Shown: positions 1-8,439 of the stretch, in pieces
Layout: each line of letters opens with the position of its first letter
Numbering within the stretch: the first letter of the stretch is position 1
IMG/VR virus record: IMGVR_UViG_3300037882_002341
Location: 958-64,957 of that record
Length of the DNA stretch: 64,000 nucleotides
DNA from: a virus
Taxonomy: Duplodnaviria > Heunggongvirae > Uroviricota > Caudoviricetes
Strand: one strand, 5' to 3'
Notes under the pieces: model-generated
Database searches by the model: none
What the model was told of the DNA's origin: nothing
What the model saw: only the letters and a program-made list of their open reading frames with translations
Position numbers and translations under genes: made by a program

Positions 1-237
1 CTTGCACTCTGCCGAATGATCGAAGCCCTCCAACCTCAGAGGGTTCCCGCGCGCCTTTCCACACCAGCAGTATCCAGAGCGGAACCCGCGGAGCGCCGCC
101 TCCAGTTCCGCCACCCGCGCGGCCTGGGCGTCGACGTGGGCGAGGAGGGAACGCGCATCCAGCCGCGTCTCGTTGACGTCGTAAAAGCCGAATGCGATCC
201 GCTCCCGCACCGCCGCCAACTCCTCGGGGGTCATCAT
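1..237 (-). CDS. hypothetical phage protein, runs off the window edge (MMTPEELAAVRERIAFG...AARVAELEAALRG...CWC)
   Basis: Open frame from ATG at 237 to base 1; start overlaps the stop of 234..512; GC-rich compared with neighbours. Confidence 0.7.
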   Translation of the reverse strand, partial: MMTPEELAAVRERIAFGFYDVNETRLDARSLLAHVDAQAARVAELEAALRGFRSGYCWCGKARGNPLRLEGFDHSAECK

Positions 238-512
238 TTTCTATCTTTCTTTTGTAATATAGCAAGTAGCTTATTACACTCTTCTTGCGCAGCTCGTTCA
301 AAAAGTCCTGCGTCAATTGTAGTGGGCAATGATCCCATATTCCAATCTACAAGATTTGAGGTATCAATGATACCTCTTTTAATATTTTGCGGGTCGCGAT
401 CGTACTCTTGTGCTTCTACAATTATGTTTATTAACTCTCCTTCAAGTTGTCTTATAAGCCACTTACGTGCAATCTTTTGTGCATCTTTCTCTTCCTTTGT
501 TCTATGATTCAT
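234..512 (-). CDS. hypothetical protein
   Basis: 92 aa ORF tightly packed between neighbours; ends in TGA. Confidence 0.7.
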   Translation of the reverse strand: MNHRTKEEKDAQKIARKWLIRQLEGELINIIVEAQEYDRDPQNIKRGIIDTSNLVDWNMGSLPTTIDAGLFERAAQEECNKLLAILQKKDRK

Positions 513-1006
513 TACTTACTATCCTTTCTGGCCTTATATTTATTCAATAACTTATTGATATATTTCCTAATATCTCTTACTGTAGTTCTCTGATGTTCAT
601 TGTTGGGTCCAGAATAGAAGAGCTTATAAGCTTCTTCGGGCGTAATACCAAAAAAGTGGGCGAAGTCTGCAGATGTTCGAGAATAATAATCTGACATAGG
701 AAGGTGTAGTGTTTCACTTTCTATATCGTAAGTTAACCCTCTCTCCTGAAACCATTTGTCTAATCCTGCCCAACCGGCTACACAACAGACAGTATTACAA
801 GGCGGTATATCTTCTTCTTTTATGTCTATCATACAACTTCTAAAGAAGTTAAGCATTTGAGAACTGTTCTCAAATCTCTTACCCCATTGAGTAATCAAAA
901 AAGCACCAGAGGGCTTTTTTGCCACTTCTCTCATAACTCTCTTAAGTTGCAAGAGTTTCTCATAAGTTGTACTTATATCCATAATAGGTCTATTGGTCTC
1001 TATCAT
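512..1006 (-). CDS. phage protein, CxTxCCVxGWAG family, copy 1
   Basis: LKRV...GAF..W...CNTVCCVAGWAG.D.WFQERG...LFYSGPNN shared with 4661..5143 and 6439..6870. Confidence 0.8.
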   Translation of the reverse strand: MIETNRPIMDISTTYEKLLQLKRVMREVAKKPSGAFLITQWGKRFENSSQMLNFFRSCMIDIKEEDIPPCNTVCCVAGWAGLDKWFQERGLTYDIESETLHLPMSDYYSRTSADFAHFFGITPEEAYKLFYSGPNNEHQRTTVRDIRKYINKLLNKYKARKDSK

Positions 1007-1188
1007 TTAAGTAACCTTTGATACTTACGTAACTCTGTTACCAATTGCTGAAGTACATCGTGTCTCTTATCTGAGAATCTCATATAGCGTCCATCTAGTT
1101 TACGGATGATCCATTCACCCTTACGATGGGCATGTTTAACATCCATGCCCATTCTTTCGGCCATCTTAAGGGCTTCACGCAAGGACAT
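1003..1188 (-). CDS. small basic hypothetical protein (start likely MSLREAL)
   Basis: 3' part of ORF 1003..1392; the upstream part overlaps 1200..1718. Confidence 0.55.
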   Translation of the reverse strand: MSLREALKMAERMGMDVKHAHRKGEWIIRKLDGRYMRFSDKRHDVLQQLVTELRKYQRLLK

Positions 1189-1199
1189 GTTCTTATGGA

Positions 1200-1718
1200 T
1201 TACTTGACCTTGGCGGGGTCTAGGTTTTCTTTGTTCAGTCTCTCGATGAACGATAGTAACTTCGGACCTGCTGTCCAGCTTGTCTGTTCTATACGCTTCC
1301 CGTTTTCCCTCTTCTGAGACGAGGATGACAGAAGATAATCGCTCATTGGCACATGAATCTTGAATCTCTTCAGTGACACAAGATTTATCCAACCCTTCAG
1401 ATTCCGGAGAATAATCTTCTGATCGGAATTTATCTGTCGGAGAATTTCTGCTGAATCGATTGACTGGGGGCTTACTGAGTAGATTATTTCCAGAATCTGG
1501 AGATACAGTTTTGTTTTCTCTGTCAGAGATAGAGGACTTTTCTTCTTTGGCTCGAATCTGTTCTGTGTTGGTTGCTGTATGGGAAAGAAGTTTGGGTTCG
1601 ATAACTTGTTCTCCCGAGACAATTCGTCTTTTCCCATATGAGAAAGAATCTCCCTTGCCTCGGTAGCACTATTGCACTCGATTATGATTCCATTCGGGAA
1701 ACTAATCTTAATTGACAT
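1200..1718 (-). CDS. hypothetical protein
   Basis: 172 aa ORF in a packed gene string. Confidence 0.7.
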   Translation of the reverse strand: MSIKISFPNGIIIECNSATEAREILSHMGKDELSRENKLSNPNFFPIQQPTQNRFEPKKKSPLSLTEKTKLYLQILEIIYSVSPQSIDSAEILRQINSDQKIILRNLKGWINLVSLKRFKIHVPMSDYLLSSSSQKRENGKRIEQTSWTAGPKLLSFIERLNKENLDPAKVK

Positions 1719-2151
1719 TATGCTTTTCTTCCTCGGTAAACCTTTTTAGGGGAGGTTTGACCCAAGATGCAAAAGGTTTTGCACACCACTCTTTGACAAG
1801 AGTTACATCAAGTCCTCTGTTAGAGGCGAGAGAATAGAAACGTTCAGGCCATTGTTCAGGCTCGAACTGATCGTGAATACGTTGGGCACTATCTGCGATA
1901 CCATATTGAATAGTATCAATTCCTTTATTCTCCAGGAATACTCTAAGTCTTTGACTTCTTTCTGAAGCACAGGGGTCTCTTAGACTTGCATATCTTACTG
2001 TTTCTACTTCTTCATCAGTTAAGAAGATACCTAAGGCACATTTCGTTCCTTCAGGTCCTCTATATAAACAAGTTAAACTACTATCTGTAGATTTCCTTCC
2101 CTGTTTTTGTAGATGCTCAACGATCTTGTCGAGTACTTCTTGATCTGTCAT
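1708..2151 (-). CDS. phage protein with CxYRG..GxKCALG and Q.IHD motifs
   Basis: 147 aa; motif pattern typical of a common uncharacterised phage family; ATGA overlap with the upstream gene. Confidence 0.75.
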   Translation of the reverse strand: MTDQEVLDKIVEHLQKQGRKSTDSSLTCLYRGPEGTKCALGIFLTDEEVETVRYASLRDPCASERSQRLRVFLENKGIDTIQYGIADSAQRIHDQFEPEQWPERFYSLASNRGLDVTLVKEWCAKPFASWVKPPLKRFTEEEKHNVN

Positions 2152-2525
2152 ATAATTACCTTTTCCAGGGGTTTACGATCATCGATAATTTCTTGAGCAA
2201 TAATTCTTATTTCATTACGACTAGTGGTCTTGATTTGGCTACTATAGGTAAGTCCATTTAGACAAGGGTCAACACTATGAAATGTGTAAGGTGCTAACTT
2301 TTTCCATAAAGCACCGAGAAGTGTAGGTAATTCTCTACATCTCTTATTCTCTACCTCCGGTAGAGCTATTACCATGGGTCAAGCTATTCCACTAACATAA
2401 TCATAGATTCCGCCATCTAATAGTATAGGTTTTCCTTCTTTAATCCATTGTGCGAGTCTTTCTAATCCTTCTGTTGGAATCTGTACTAGACCTAGCTTTA
2501 TGATTCCTTTAGTTTCTGGGAGCAT
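2148..2525 (-). CDS. putative selenoprotein, paralog A (125 aa; Sec at codon 49, TGA at 2379-2381)
   Basis: MLPETKGIIKLGLVQIPTEGLERLAQWIKEGKPILLDGGIYDYVSGIA-TGA-PMVIALPEVE...; both halves homologous to five other copies; SECIS-like hairpin downstream. Confidence 0.8.
2349..2365 (-). promoter_or_regulatory. putative bacterial SECIS (paralog A)
   Basis: mRNA sense CTCTACC-GGA-GGTAGAG, 7 bp stem, loop begins at +21 from UGA. Confidence 0.75.
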
Positions 2526-2534
2526 ATTTTTCTC

Positions 2535-2735
2535 TTATTCTTTAAGCAGTTTATCTAATAATATATTTAACTGTTTTACATCAATCTCTCCATGTATTTG
2601 TCTTATTACCTTACCAACAAGAATTCCCTTAACAGCAGTTTTCCCAGTACGATATTTTGCAACTATATCGGGATTTGTGGCAAGAATTTTAAGACAGATA
2701 TTACGAAGGCTAGTATCGTCTTCTTCGATTGTCAT
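2535..2735 (-). CDS. stand-alone GatB/YqeY C-terminal-like domain protein
   Basis: DD..L...C..IL..NPD.V.KYR.GK....G.LVG.V.....G..D...L..LL pattern matches the GatB C-terminal helical tail. Confidence 0.7.
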   Translation of the reverse strand: MTIEEDDTSLRNICLKILATNPDIVAKYRTGKTAVKGILVGKVIRQIHGEIDVKQLNILLDKLLKE

Positions 2736-2740
2736 AATAT

Positions 2741-2899
2741 CTACTTTTTATTGAACTTACCTAATCTACGAGACCACTTATCTTTCTTGTGGCCGGAATC
2801 TGCCTTAGAACGTTTCGGATTAGGTGGCATGATTCCTGTCTTAGTAATCGCTAAATCTCTCTTACGTCTCTCCTCTGAGGTCCAACGTATCTTTTTCAT
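2741..2899 (-). CDS. small highly basic protein (52 aa)
   Basis: MKKIRWTSEERRKRDL...; AAGGA RBS upstream; below the ORF-track cutoff. Confidence 0.55.
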   Translation of the reverse strand: MKKIRWTSEERRKRDLAITKTGIMPPNPKRSKADSGHKKDKWSRRLGKFNKK

Positions 2900-2926
2900 T
2901 CCGTTCCTTTATGGGATCAATAAAAT

Positions 2927-3337
2927 TCATAATTGGATATCTAATTTAGATTCATTAATGATTTCTTGTGCGATGTCTCGAATCTCACTAGGTGTAAAGT
3001 TTTTCAGTGAATGAGAATATCTTAATATTCTTTCTTGTTCTTCATATTCTTCTGCACTTGCAGTAATAGCATTACCCATAATGGGATCAATGTCGAACTC
3101 TATATATCCAAGTTTACGCCATCTATATCCTAGGTCTGAAAAGCAGTCGAAATCCTTTTGTTCTTCCTCCGGAAGAGCTACAACCATAGGTCAGTGAACA
3201 CCTTTCGATGTTACTGCTCCATTTAACAGTAACTCTTTACCGCCATCTATCCAGGCTATAAGTCTTAAAAGTCCATTAATTGGGATTTGCTTCAGAGCAG
3301 TTTTTACAACTAATCTTTGTTTATCTATAAGTTTCAT
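2927..3337 (-). CDS. putative selenoprotein, paralog B (136 aa; Sec at codon 49, TGA at 3191-3193)
   Basis: MKLIDKQRLVVKTALKQIPINGLLRLIAWIDGGKELLLNGAVTSKGVH-TGA-PMVVALPEEE... Confidence 0.8.
3162..3176 (-). promoter_or_regulatory. putative bacterial SECIS (paralog B)
   Basis: TCTTCC-GGA-GGAAGA, loop at +21. Confidence 0.75.
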
Positions 3338-3348
3338 TTAAAACTCTC

Positions 3349-3720
3349 TTATTTGTGCCCATTAAGAATATCTTGAGCAATTTTCTTAATATCACTAGGA
3401 GTAGTGTTAATAAGTTCTTGAGTGTAAGTGGTTAATGCTTTTCCACTTTTATCAAGAACATGTGGATTTACACTAAAGTGTCCAAGAAAACCATTTCTTT
3501 TCCAAACTTCTCCTAAAACCAGGATTCTTTGTGCAAAACGAGTAATTTCTGCCGACGGCAGAGCAGCGACCATGGGTCAGAATAAACTCTCACTTGCCCA
3601 AATTCTTCCATCTAATAGTAAAGGTTTACCATTATCAATCCACTCTATTAGTCTTAAAAGACCAGGAGCAGGAATCTGTTCTAAACCTTGTCTTATTGCC
3701 TTTACTGTTAGCTCTTTCAT
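3349..3720 (-). CDS. putative selenoprotein, paralog C (123 aa; Sec at codon 48, TGA at 3577-3579)
   Basis: MKELTVKAIRQGLEQIPAPGLLRLIEWIDNGKPLLLDGRIWASESLF-TGA-PMVAALPSAE... Confidence 0.8.
3548..3562 (-). promoter_or_regulatory. putative bacterial SECIS (paralog C)
   Basis: TCTGCC-GTC-GGCAGA, loop G at +21. Confidence 0.72.
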
Positions 3721-3725
3721 ATTAT

Positions 3726-4247
3726 CTATAACCTTATCTTTAATCCCATTGTTTCTTTCATATGCAAAAGTGCCTCTACATTACCTTTTGCATCATCAAC
3801 AGGATTATGTGTATGTTTCGTTTTACGAAGATGCTTAAAATTCTTAAAGGTATCTTTCACCAATCCCTTATAGAGAGATCCAAGATTTGTCGAACTAAAT
3901 CCAAATGGATTAGATCCTAAGAAATGATGGAAATACCAGTTTACAAATTGCCAATCAAAACCATTATTATCAGAGATAAACATTGGTTTATCATTACATG
4001 AAACCGTTGTTATCCAGTTACGGAAAGCACACATGACTTTTGTCGGATCTTCAAAAGCTAGTGTTTGCTCACGGCTGAAGTTACTTATAGCTAGTGCTTC
4101 AGGTATCCATAAATGAGAGATTGGTGCCATGAAGCCTAGAAAAGCATGGTCTAAAGATGGCTCCACAACAATTGCACCCAGTGCAATCATTGAGTAATCA
4201 CCTGGAATTGGGCCATCTGTCTCAACATCAACCATGATATATGTCAT
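3726..4247 (-). CDS. DEDDh 3'-5' exonuclease (RNase AS/Rv2179c-like)
   Basis: MVDVETDG (ExoI), NNGFDW (ExoII), HTHNPVDDA (ExoIII). Confidence 0.88.
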   Translation of the reverse strand: MTYIMVDVETDGPIPGDYSMIALGAIVVEPSLDHAFLGFMAPISHLWIPEALAISNFSREQTLAFEDPTKVMCAFRNWITTVSCNDKPMFISDNNGFDWQFVNWYFHHFLGSNPFGFSSTNLGSLYKGLVKDTFKNFKHLRKTKHTHNPVDDAKGNVEALLHMKETMGLKIRL

Positions 4248-4259
4248 ATTATTTTCTAG

Positions 4260-4658
4260 TTAAAGTTGTTCATAGGACAATCTACTTTGTTCAGATCTCT
4301 CGGTTAACAGCATATTTATAACTAATAGAATGTGTGCAGTTGTTGAAGTTCTAAGTGCCATAAAATACGAGTTCTTTTCAATCTCTGGATTATTTAAGAA
4401 CTCATTGTTCTTAAATCCCAGATACATTCTTGCACCCTCTATTAATCCATTGACTCTTGCAACAGATTCTCTTGTTTCCTCCGGAAACAAATGTACTTGA
4501 GGTCAGAAAAGTCCTTCTGCACTAGAAACATAACCACTTAGTAGGAGTTTTCCTCCTTCTTCTATATATTTCTTAAGTCTCTGAAGTGCTTCTATTGGGG
4601 TTCTACCTTCTTGTCCCAGACCCAAAGATAGAAGTCTTATCCTCATGCTCTCTTCCAT
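4260..4658 (-). CDS. putative selenoprotein, paralog D (132 aa; Sec at codon 52, TGA at 4503-4505)
   Basis: MEESMRIRLLSLGLGQEGRTPIEALQRLKKYIEEGGKLLLSGYVSSAEGLF-TGA-PQVHLFPEET...; no ATG just after the TGA. Confidence 0.78.
4472..4490 (-). promoter_or_regulatory. putative bacterial SECIS (paralog D)
   Basis: TTGTTTCC-GGA-GGAAACAA, 8 bp stem, loop at +21. Confidence 0.75.
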
Positions 4659-4660
4659 AA

Positions 4661-5143
4661 TTACCTTATTTTCTCTATCAGTTTATATTTCTTTATCAGG
4701 GTATTGAGATAAATCCTTATCTCTTTTAATGTGGTTCTTCCATACTTGTTATTAGGTCCGTTGTAGAAAAGTTTCCAGCTTTCTTCAATACTAATATCGA
4801 AGAATTGAGCGAGAGTACTAACACCTACATATCCCGTAGGTATCTGCATTCCCTCGGATCCCAAATCAAGGGTAAATCCTCTTTTCTGAAACCAAGGATC
4901 TAGTCCAGCCCAACCAGCTACGCAACAAACTGTTTGGCAAGGAGGAATATCTTTTTCTCTTATTTTCTCGTCCTTTACTCTTTTCAAGTAACTAAGCATA
5001 TCAAGCTTATTACTGAATACAGAACCCCATCGACTGATAAAGAATGCTCCTGAGGGTTTCTTTGCTACTTTATCTAGTACTCTTTTAAGTTGGAGGAGTT
5101 TTCCATATCCAGTACTTTTATCTACAAACATCTTGTTACTCAT
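4661..5143 (-). CDS. phage protein, CxTxCCVxGWAG family, copy 2
   Basis: CQTVCCVAGWAGLDPWFQKRG; clear paralog of 512..1006. Confidence 0.8.
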   Translation of the reverse strand: MSNKMFVDKSTGYGKLLQLKRVLDKVAKKPSGAFFISRWGSVFSNKLDMLSYLKRVKDEKIREKDIPPCQTVCCVAGWAGLDPWFQKRGFTLDLGSEGMQIPTGYVGVSTLAQFFDISIEESWKLFYNGPNNKYGRTTLKEIRIYLNTLIKKYKLIEKIR

Positions 5144-5147
5144 ATTA

Positions 5148-5426
5148 TTATTTTTCCACTATGATAGAGAAATCAGGAGATATTTCGACTTTACGTCCAT
5201 CTTTTAAGTAAAGCGTATGTGATCCATCTTCATGTTTACTTATCTCTTTAACACCTAACCAGTAATCTACTCTTTTACCGGTAGATCCCTTTTTATATAC
5301 ATCTACTTTCATGCTAGGTATAGAAGGTGATTTGGGGCCGCACTGAGTAGTAAAGATAGGAATAGATAAAAGAGATACAAGTAGGAAAGGTACTATTGAA
5401 GTATTACGATTAGAGATATTCTTCAT
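5148..5426 (-). CDS. putative lipoprotein/exported protein, copy 1
   Basis: Hydrophobic N-terminus then Cys (TQCGP); paralog of 8064..8336. Confidence 0.7.
   Translation of the reverse strand: MKNISNRNTSIVPFLLVSLLSIPIFTTQCGPKSPSIPSMKVDVYKKGSTGKRVDYWLGVKEISKHEDGSHTLYLKDGRKVEISPDFSIIVEK
5221..5272. repeat. 52-bp exact direct repeat (second copy 8137..8188)
   Basis: gatccatcttcatgtttacttatctctttaacacctaaccagtaatctactc at both positions. Confidence 0.9.
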
Positions 5427-5479
5427 AAAGAGATCTCTTCTTATAGTGAGGATATTAAGAAGTTATTTAATAGTTACCA

Positions 5480-5881
5480 CTAAAGATGACTTCTAAGAAC
5501 ATACCGCTCACCAATATTATCTGAGAGCCATTTGGCAGTTCTTTTCATATCTTTAGTAGTAAATAACTCATTAGGACCAAACATCATTTCATCATAAAGA
5601 CAATAGCCATCAGGTGTATAAACACCCAGATCCATAATGGCTTTTCCTTTACAATGACATGTTCTACCTAGTTTGTCTCTTTTCCATGGTGTAACCCAAG
5701 TTAGATCAATAGACTTAACTATTGTCCAACGTTTCTTGTAATAATTATAAATCCTGTCTCCTGGTGATAAAGCAGCTACACGAGCTACTAATATCCACCA
5801 AGTACGCCAGGTATATTGAATACCATCATGAAAAGGAGCTTTCCATTTCTTCTCGTTTACTCCTCTATTGAACTTTTTCAT
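5480..5881 (-). CDS. hypothetical protein
   Basis: 133 aa ORF in the gene string. Confidence 0.7.
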   Translation of the reverse strand: MKKFNRGVNEKKWKAPFHDGIQYTWRTWWILVARVAALSPGDRIYNYYKKRWTIVKSIDLTWVTPWKRDKLGRTCHCKGKAIMDLGVYTPDGYCLYDEMMFGPNELFTTKDMKRTAKWLSDNIGERYVLRSHL

Positions 5882-5883
5882 GG

Positions 5884-6279
5884 TTATTCCTTCTTAGGTT
5901 CTTCCTCAATTAGTTCTTCTACAGCAGTGCGGACACCAGAAATACCATAAAGAGCTAAAGCAAATACATACGATTCTTCGCGTATGTCACAATTTGGATT
6001 TGCCGAGAAAGATTCAACACCATGAGCAATCCACTTACCTTCTAAAAAAGGCACTATCTTTATGCCCGATCTCTTTGATGCATCAATAACTTCTTGACGT
6101 GCTTCTCCCGGAAGCATTACAACCATAGGTCAAGGAGCACCGTTCAAATCGACTATATAGCCTGTTGTACTAATAGGCTCTCCTTTATCAATAGCTTTAA
6201 GGAGACGTCGATATGCACGTATATCTTTTACCTGGCCAAGTCCAGCTTTCAATATGTTTAAGTGTCTACGGTTTATCAT
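5884..6279 (-). CDS. putative selenoprotein, paralog E (131 aa; Sec at codon 50, TGA at 6130-6132)
   Basis: MINRRHLNILKAGLGQVKDIRAYRRLLKAIDKGEPISTTGYIVDLNGAP-TGA-PMVVMLPGEA... Confidence 0.78.
6100..6116 (-). promoter_or_regulatory. putative bacterial SECIS (paralog E)
   Basis: TGCTTC-CGGGA-GAAGCA, G at +21 retained. Confidence 0.7.
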
Positions 6280-6283
6280 TGGT

Positions 6284-6427
6284 CTATCTTTCTTTACTCT
6301 TATTAAGCTTAGTCTGAATAGCCTTTAGCTTTTTGCGTATCTCCTCTTTAGACAAGTGAACATGAATACTATTGTGTCTAATAGTGCTATTCTTACTAGG
6401 TTTATTAAGAGGTTTCTTCTTAGACAT
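6284..6427 (-). CDS. small basic protein (47 aa)
   Basis: MSKKKPLNKP...; GAGG RBS; fills the gap between genes. Confidence 0.5.
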   Translation of the reverse strand: MSKKKPLNKPSKNSTIRHNSIHVHLSKEEIRKKLKAIQTKLNKSKER

Positions 6428-6438
6428 ACCAGTAACCT

Positions 6439-6870
6439 CTATTGCTTATACTTCTCTAGTAATTTATTAATATATATTCTTACTTCTTCTAGTGTAGTAC
6501 GAGTAAAGTTATTATTAGGTCCAGTGTAGAAAAGCTTTTCACTCTCATCAGCAGTAATATTAAAAAACAATTGAACATCTTCTGGAAGTGCTACTTTACT
6601 AAAGATAAGTAAAGCATTTATTCCTAGATCAATAACAAGTCCTCTTTCTTGGAACCAGGGATCTGACCCTGCCCAACCTCCAACACAACAGATTGTTTTA
6701 CATGCTGGAACATCTTCTATTAAATTTCTGGATCTTAAGAAACCAAGTACTTCTTCATCAGTGCTGAACTTTTTACCCCATACTCCAAAATAAAATGCTC
6801 CCTGTGCTTTTGTTGATATCTCGTCCATCACTCTCTTGAGATTGAGAAGTCTCTCATATGTGGTATTCAT
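6439..6870 (-). CDS. phage protein, CxTxCCVxGWAG family, copy 3
   Basis: CKTICCVGGWAGSDPWFQERG...LFYTGPNN. Confidence 0.8.
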   Translation of the reverse strand: MNTTYERLLNLKRVMDEISTKAQGAFYFGVWGKKFSTDEEVLGFLRSRNLIEDVPACKTICCVGGWAGSDPWFQERGLVIDLGINALLIFSKVALPEDVQLFFNITADESEKLFYTGPNNNFTRTTLEEVRIYINKLLEKYKQ

Positions 6871-6884
6871 AGTTATTTACCTCT

Positions 6885-7220
6885 TTACTTATCCATAATT
6901 GAGTAAATAAGCCATCCCATTAGGACTGCCATAAGTGGATGGCCTAAATTTATTACAAAGCTCTGTGACACTACCTTTCGCCATAACTTATTCTCATAAT
7001 CCGTTTCTATTCTTTGCGGATGGAACAGGTTAACAGTGGTAGATATACCAAGAGCCCACCACATTGATAGAGTGGGTGCTCCTAATGGAACAATAAACCA
7101 TGTCCAGAGTTTACACAAAGCCCAGCCTCTAAGGAAGGTTCCTACTATGATACCTATTAATACTATTAAGCATCCAAGACTAAGTTCGGTACTATCTGGA
7201 TCATCTTTAAACTCGGACAT
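6885..7220 (-). CDS. membrane protein
   Basis: About three hydrophobic segments; LWTWFIVPLGAP motif. Confidence 0.75.
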   Translation of the reverse strand: MSEFKDDPDSTELSLGCLIVLIGIIVGTFLRGWALCKLWTWFIVPLGAPTLSMWWALGISTTVNLFHPQRIETDYENKLWRKVVSQSFVINLGHPLMAVLMGWLIYSIMDK

Positions 7221-7382
7221 GATTTACTTTCTTTTAATAAGTAATACTTAAAAGTCACTATTACCAGGCCAGGTCTTGTTAAAGATAGTCGCTAAGACGG
7301 TTACAATTGCTACAGTTACAGGAACTCCGGTAATGACTATTAACCATTCATTACAATTCATAGATTACTTTCTTAGTTCTGA

Positions 7383-7649
7383 TTAACTGATCTTTTCACA
7401 CTCTTTAATTAGTGAAGAAGCATCAGCTCTATGATCCTCAGCCCATTCTTGAATAACATACACAGAATAAGGCTCTAGATCAGCTACTGTAGTATTCTCG
7501 AATGGATAGGGACAAGAACATCCACTATCTGTGGCGTAGAAAAGCTTGTTATCTGACTTTCTTCTGTATACACGTAGTGTACAGAATTCATAGAATAGAT
7601 CAGGCTCATCAAGATCTCCTACGACATCGTATTCTGAGTCTAGATCCAT
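7383..7649 (-). CDS. acidic phage protein with DSGCSC motif
   Basis: YATDSGCSCPYPFE motif; AGGA RBS. Confidence 0.75.
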   Translation of the reverse strand: MDLDSEYDVVGDLDEPDLFYEFCTLRVYRRKSDNKLFYATDSGCSCPYPFENTTVADLEPYSVYVIQEWAEDHRADASSLIKECEKIS

Positions 7650-7865
7650 AGTATTTTCCTAATGTTAGACAATATTATTATGTTTTACTCGTCTTCTGAT
7701 ACTACGGGTGAGGACTAATTAGCGATTTTCTGGATAGCCTCGCTAATATCAATCATAGCCCATCCAATAACTCCAATCCAAAGTGTAATTGATATGAGAC
7801 AGACAATCACTATTACGTTTCCGAATGTTACCTCTATCTTAGTTTCGTTAGCCAAGGTATTTCCT

Positions 7866-8051
7866 TTACTTGTGTTTTTCTGGGTGCACTAGTGGAACAA
7901 GTAATTGTCCTCGATCATCGATACCATGCATGGTTTCAAGACGTTCAAGTCGATCATTGCTATTACAACTTGTTCCAATTATTCCCGCTAAGAGCAAAAG
8001 TCCCATGAACAGAGTCCATATTCATGCAGGTTCTTTGTTTTCGGTGGACAC
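7866..8051 (-). CDS. small lipoprotein-like ORF interrupted by in-frame TGA (8022-8024)
   Basis: AAGGAG RBS + GTG, MSTENKEPA-TGA-IWTLFMGLLLLAGIIGTSC...; may instead start at the internal ATG. Confidence 0.45.
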
Positions 8052-8063
8052 TTTATTTCTCCT

Positions 8064-8336
8064 TTACTTTTCTACTATGATGGAGAAGTCTGAAGGGATT
8101 TCAATTTGGCGTCCATCTCTTAAATAAAGAGTATAAGATCCATCTTCATGTTTACTTATCTCTTTAACACCTAACCAGTAATCTACTCGATCACCGGATT
8201 TATCCTTTTTATATACTTGAACATACATAGAAGGTTGTCTAACGGTAGTTGGTCCACAACTAACAAGTACTCCAATAACAAAAGCAAGTGCTATTAGAAA
8301 GAAGACAAGAAGAAGGTTAAGTCTGAAATTACTCAT
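8064..8336 (-). CDS. putative lipoprotein, copy 2
   Basis: Signal-like N-terminus with LVSC lipobox; paralog of 5148..5426. Confidence 0.72.
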   Translation of the reverse strand: MSNFRLNLLLVFFLIALAFVIGVLVSCGPTTVRQPSMYVQVYKKDKSGDRVDYWLGVKEISKHEDGSYTLYLRDGRQIEIPSDFSIIVEK

Positions 8337-8439
8337 TAGGATGAAATCCTTACAAAAGAGTAATGAGTACATTAGGAGGTTAAAGGAAAGGGATATACAT
8401 ATTAAGGAAGAGGAAGTTAGTACTAAAGGTAGTAACGTA

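Noticed and set aside
16-507. Plus-strand 163 aa ORF and other plus-strand ORFs in 1-10.5 kb
   Set aside because: Antisense to a tightly packed minus-strand gene string with RBSs and paralog support.
1003-1188. Possible HicA-like toxin fold
   Set aside because: Size and pattern are loosely similar, but the catalytic GSH is GEW and there is no HicB partner; not supportable without a profile search.
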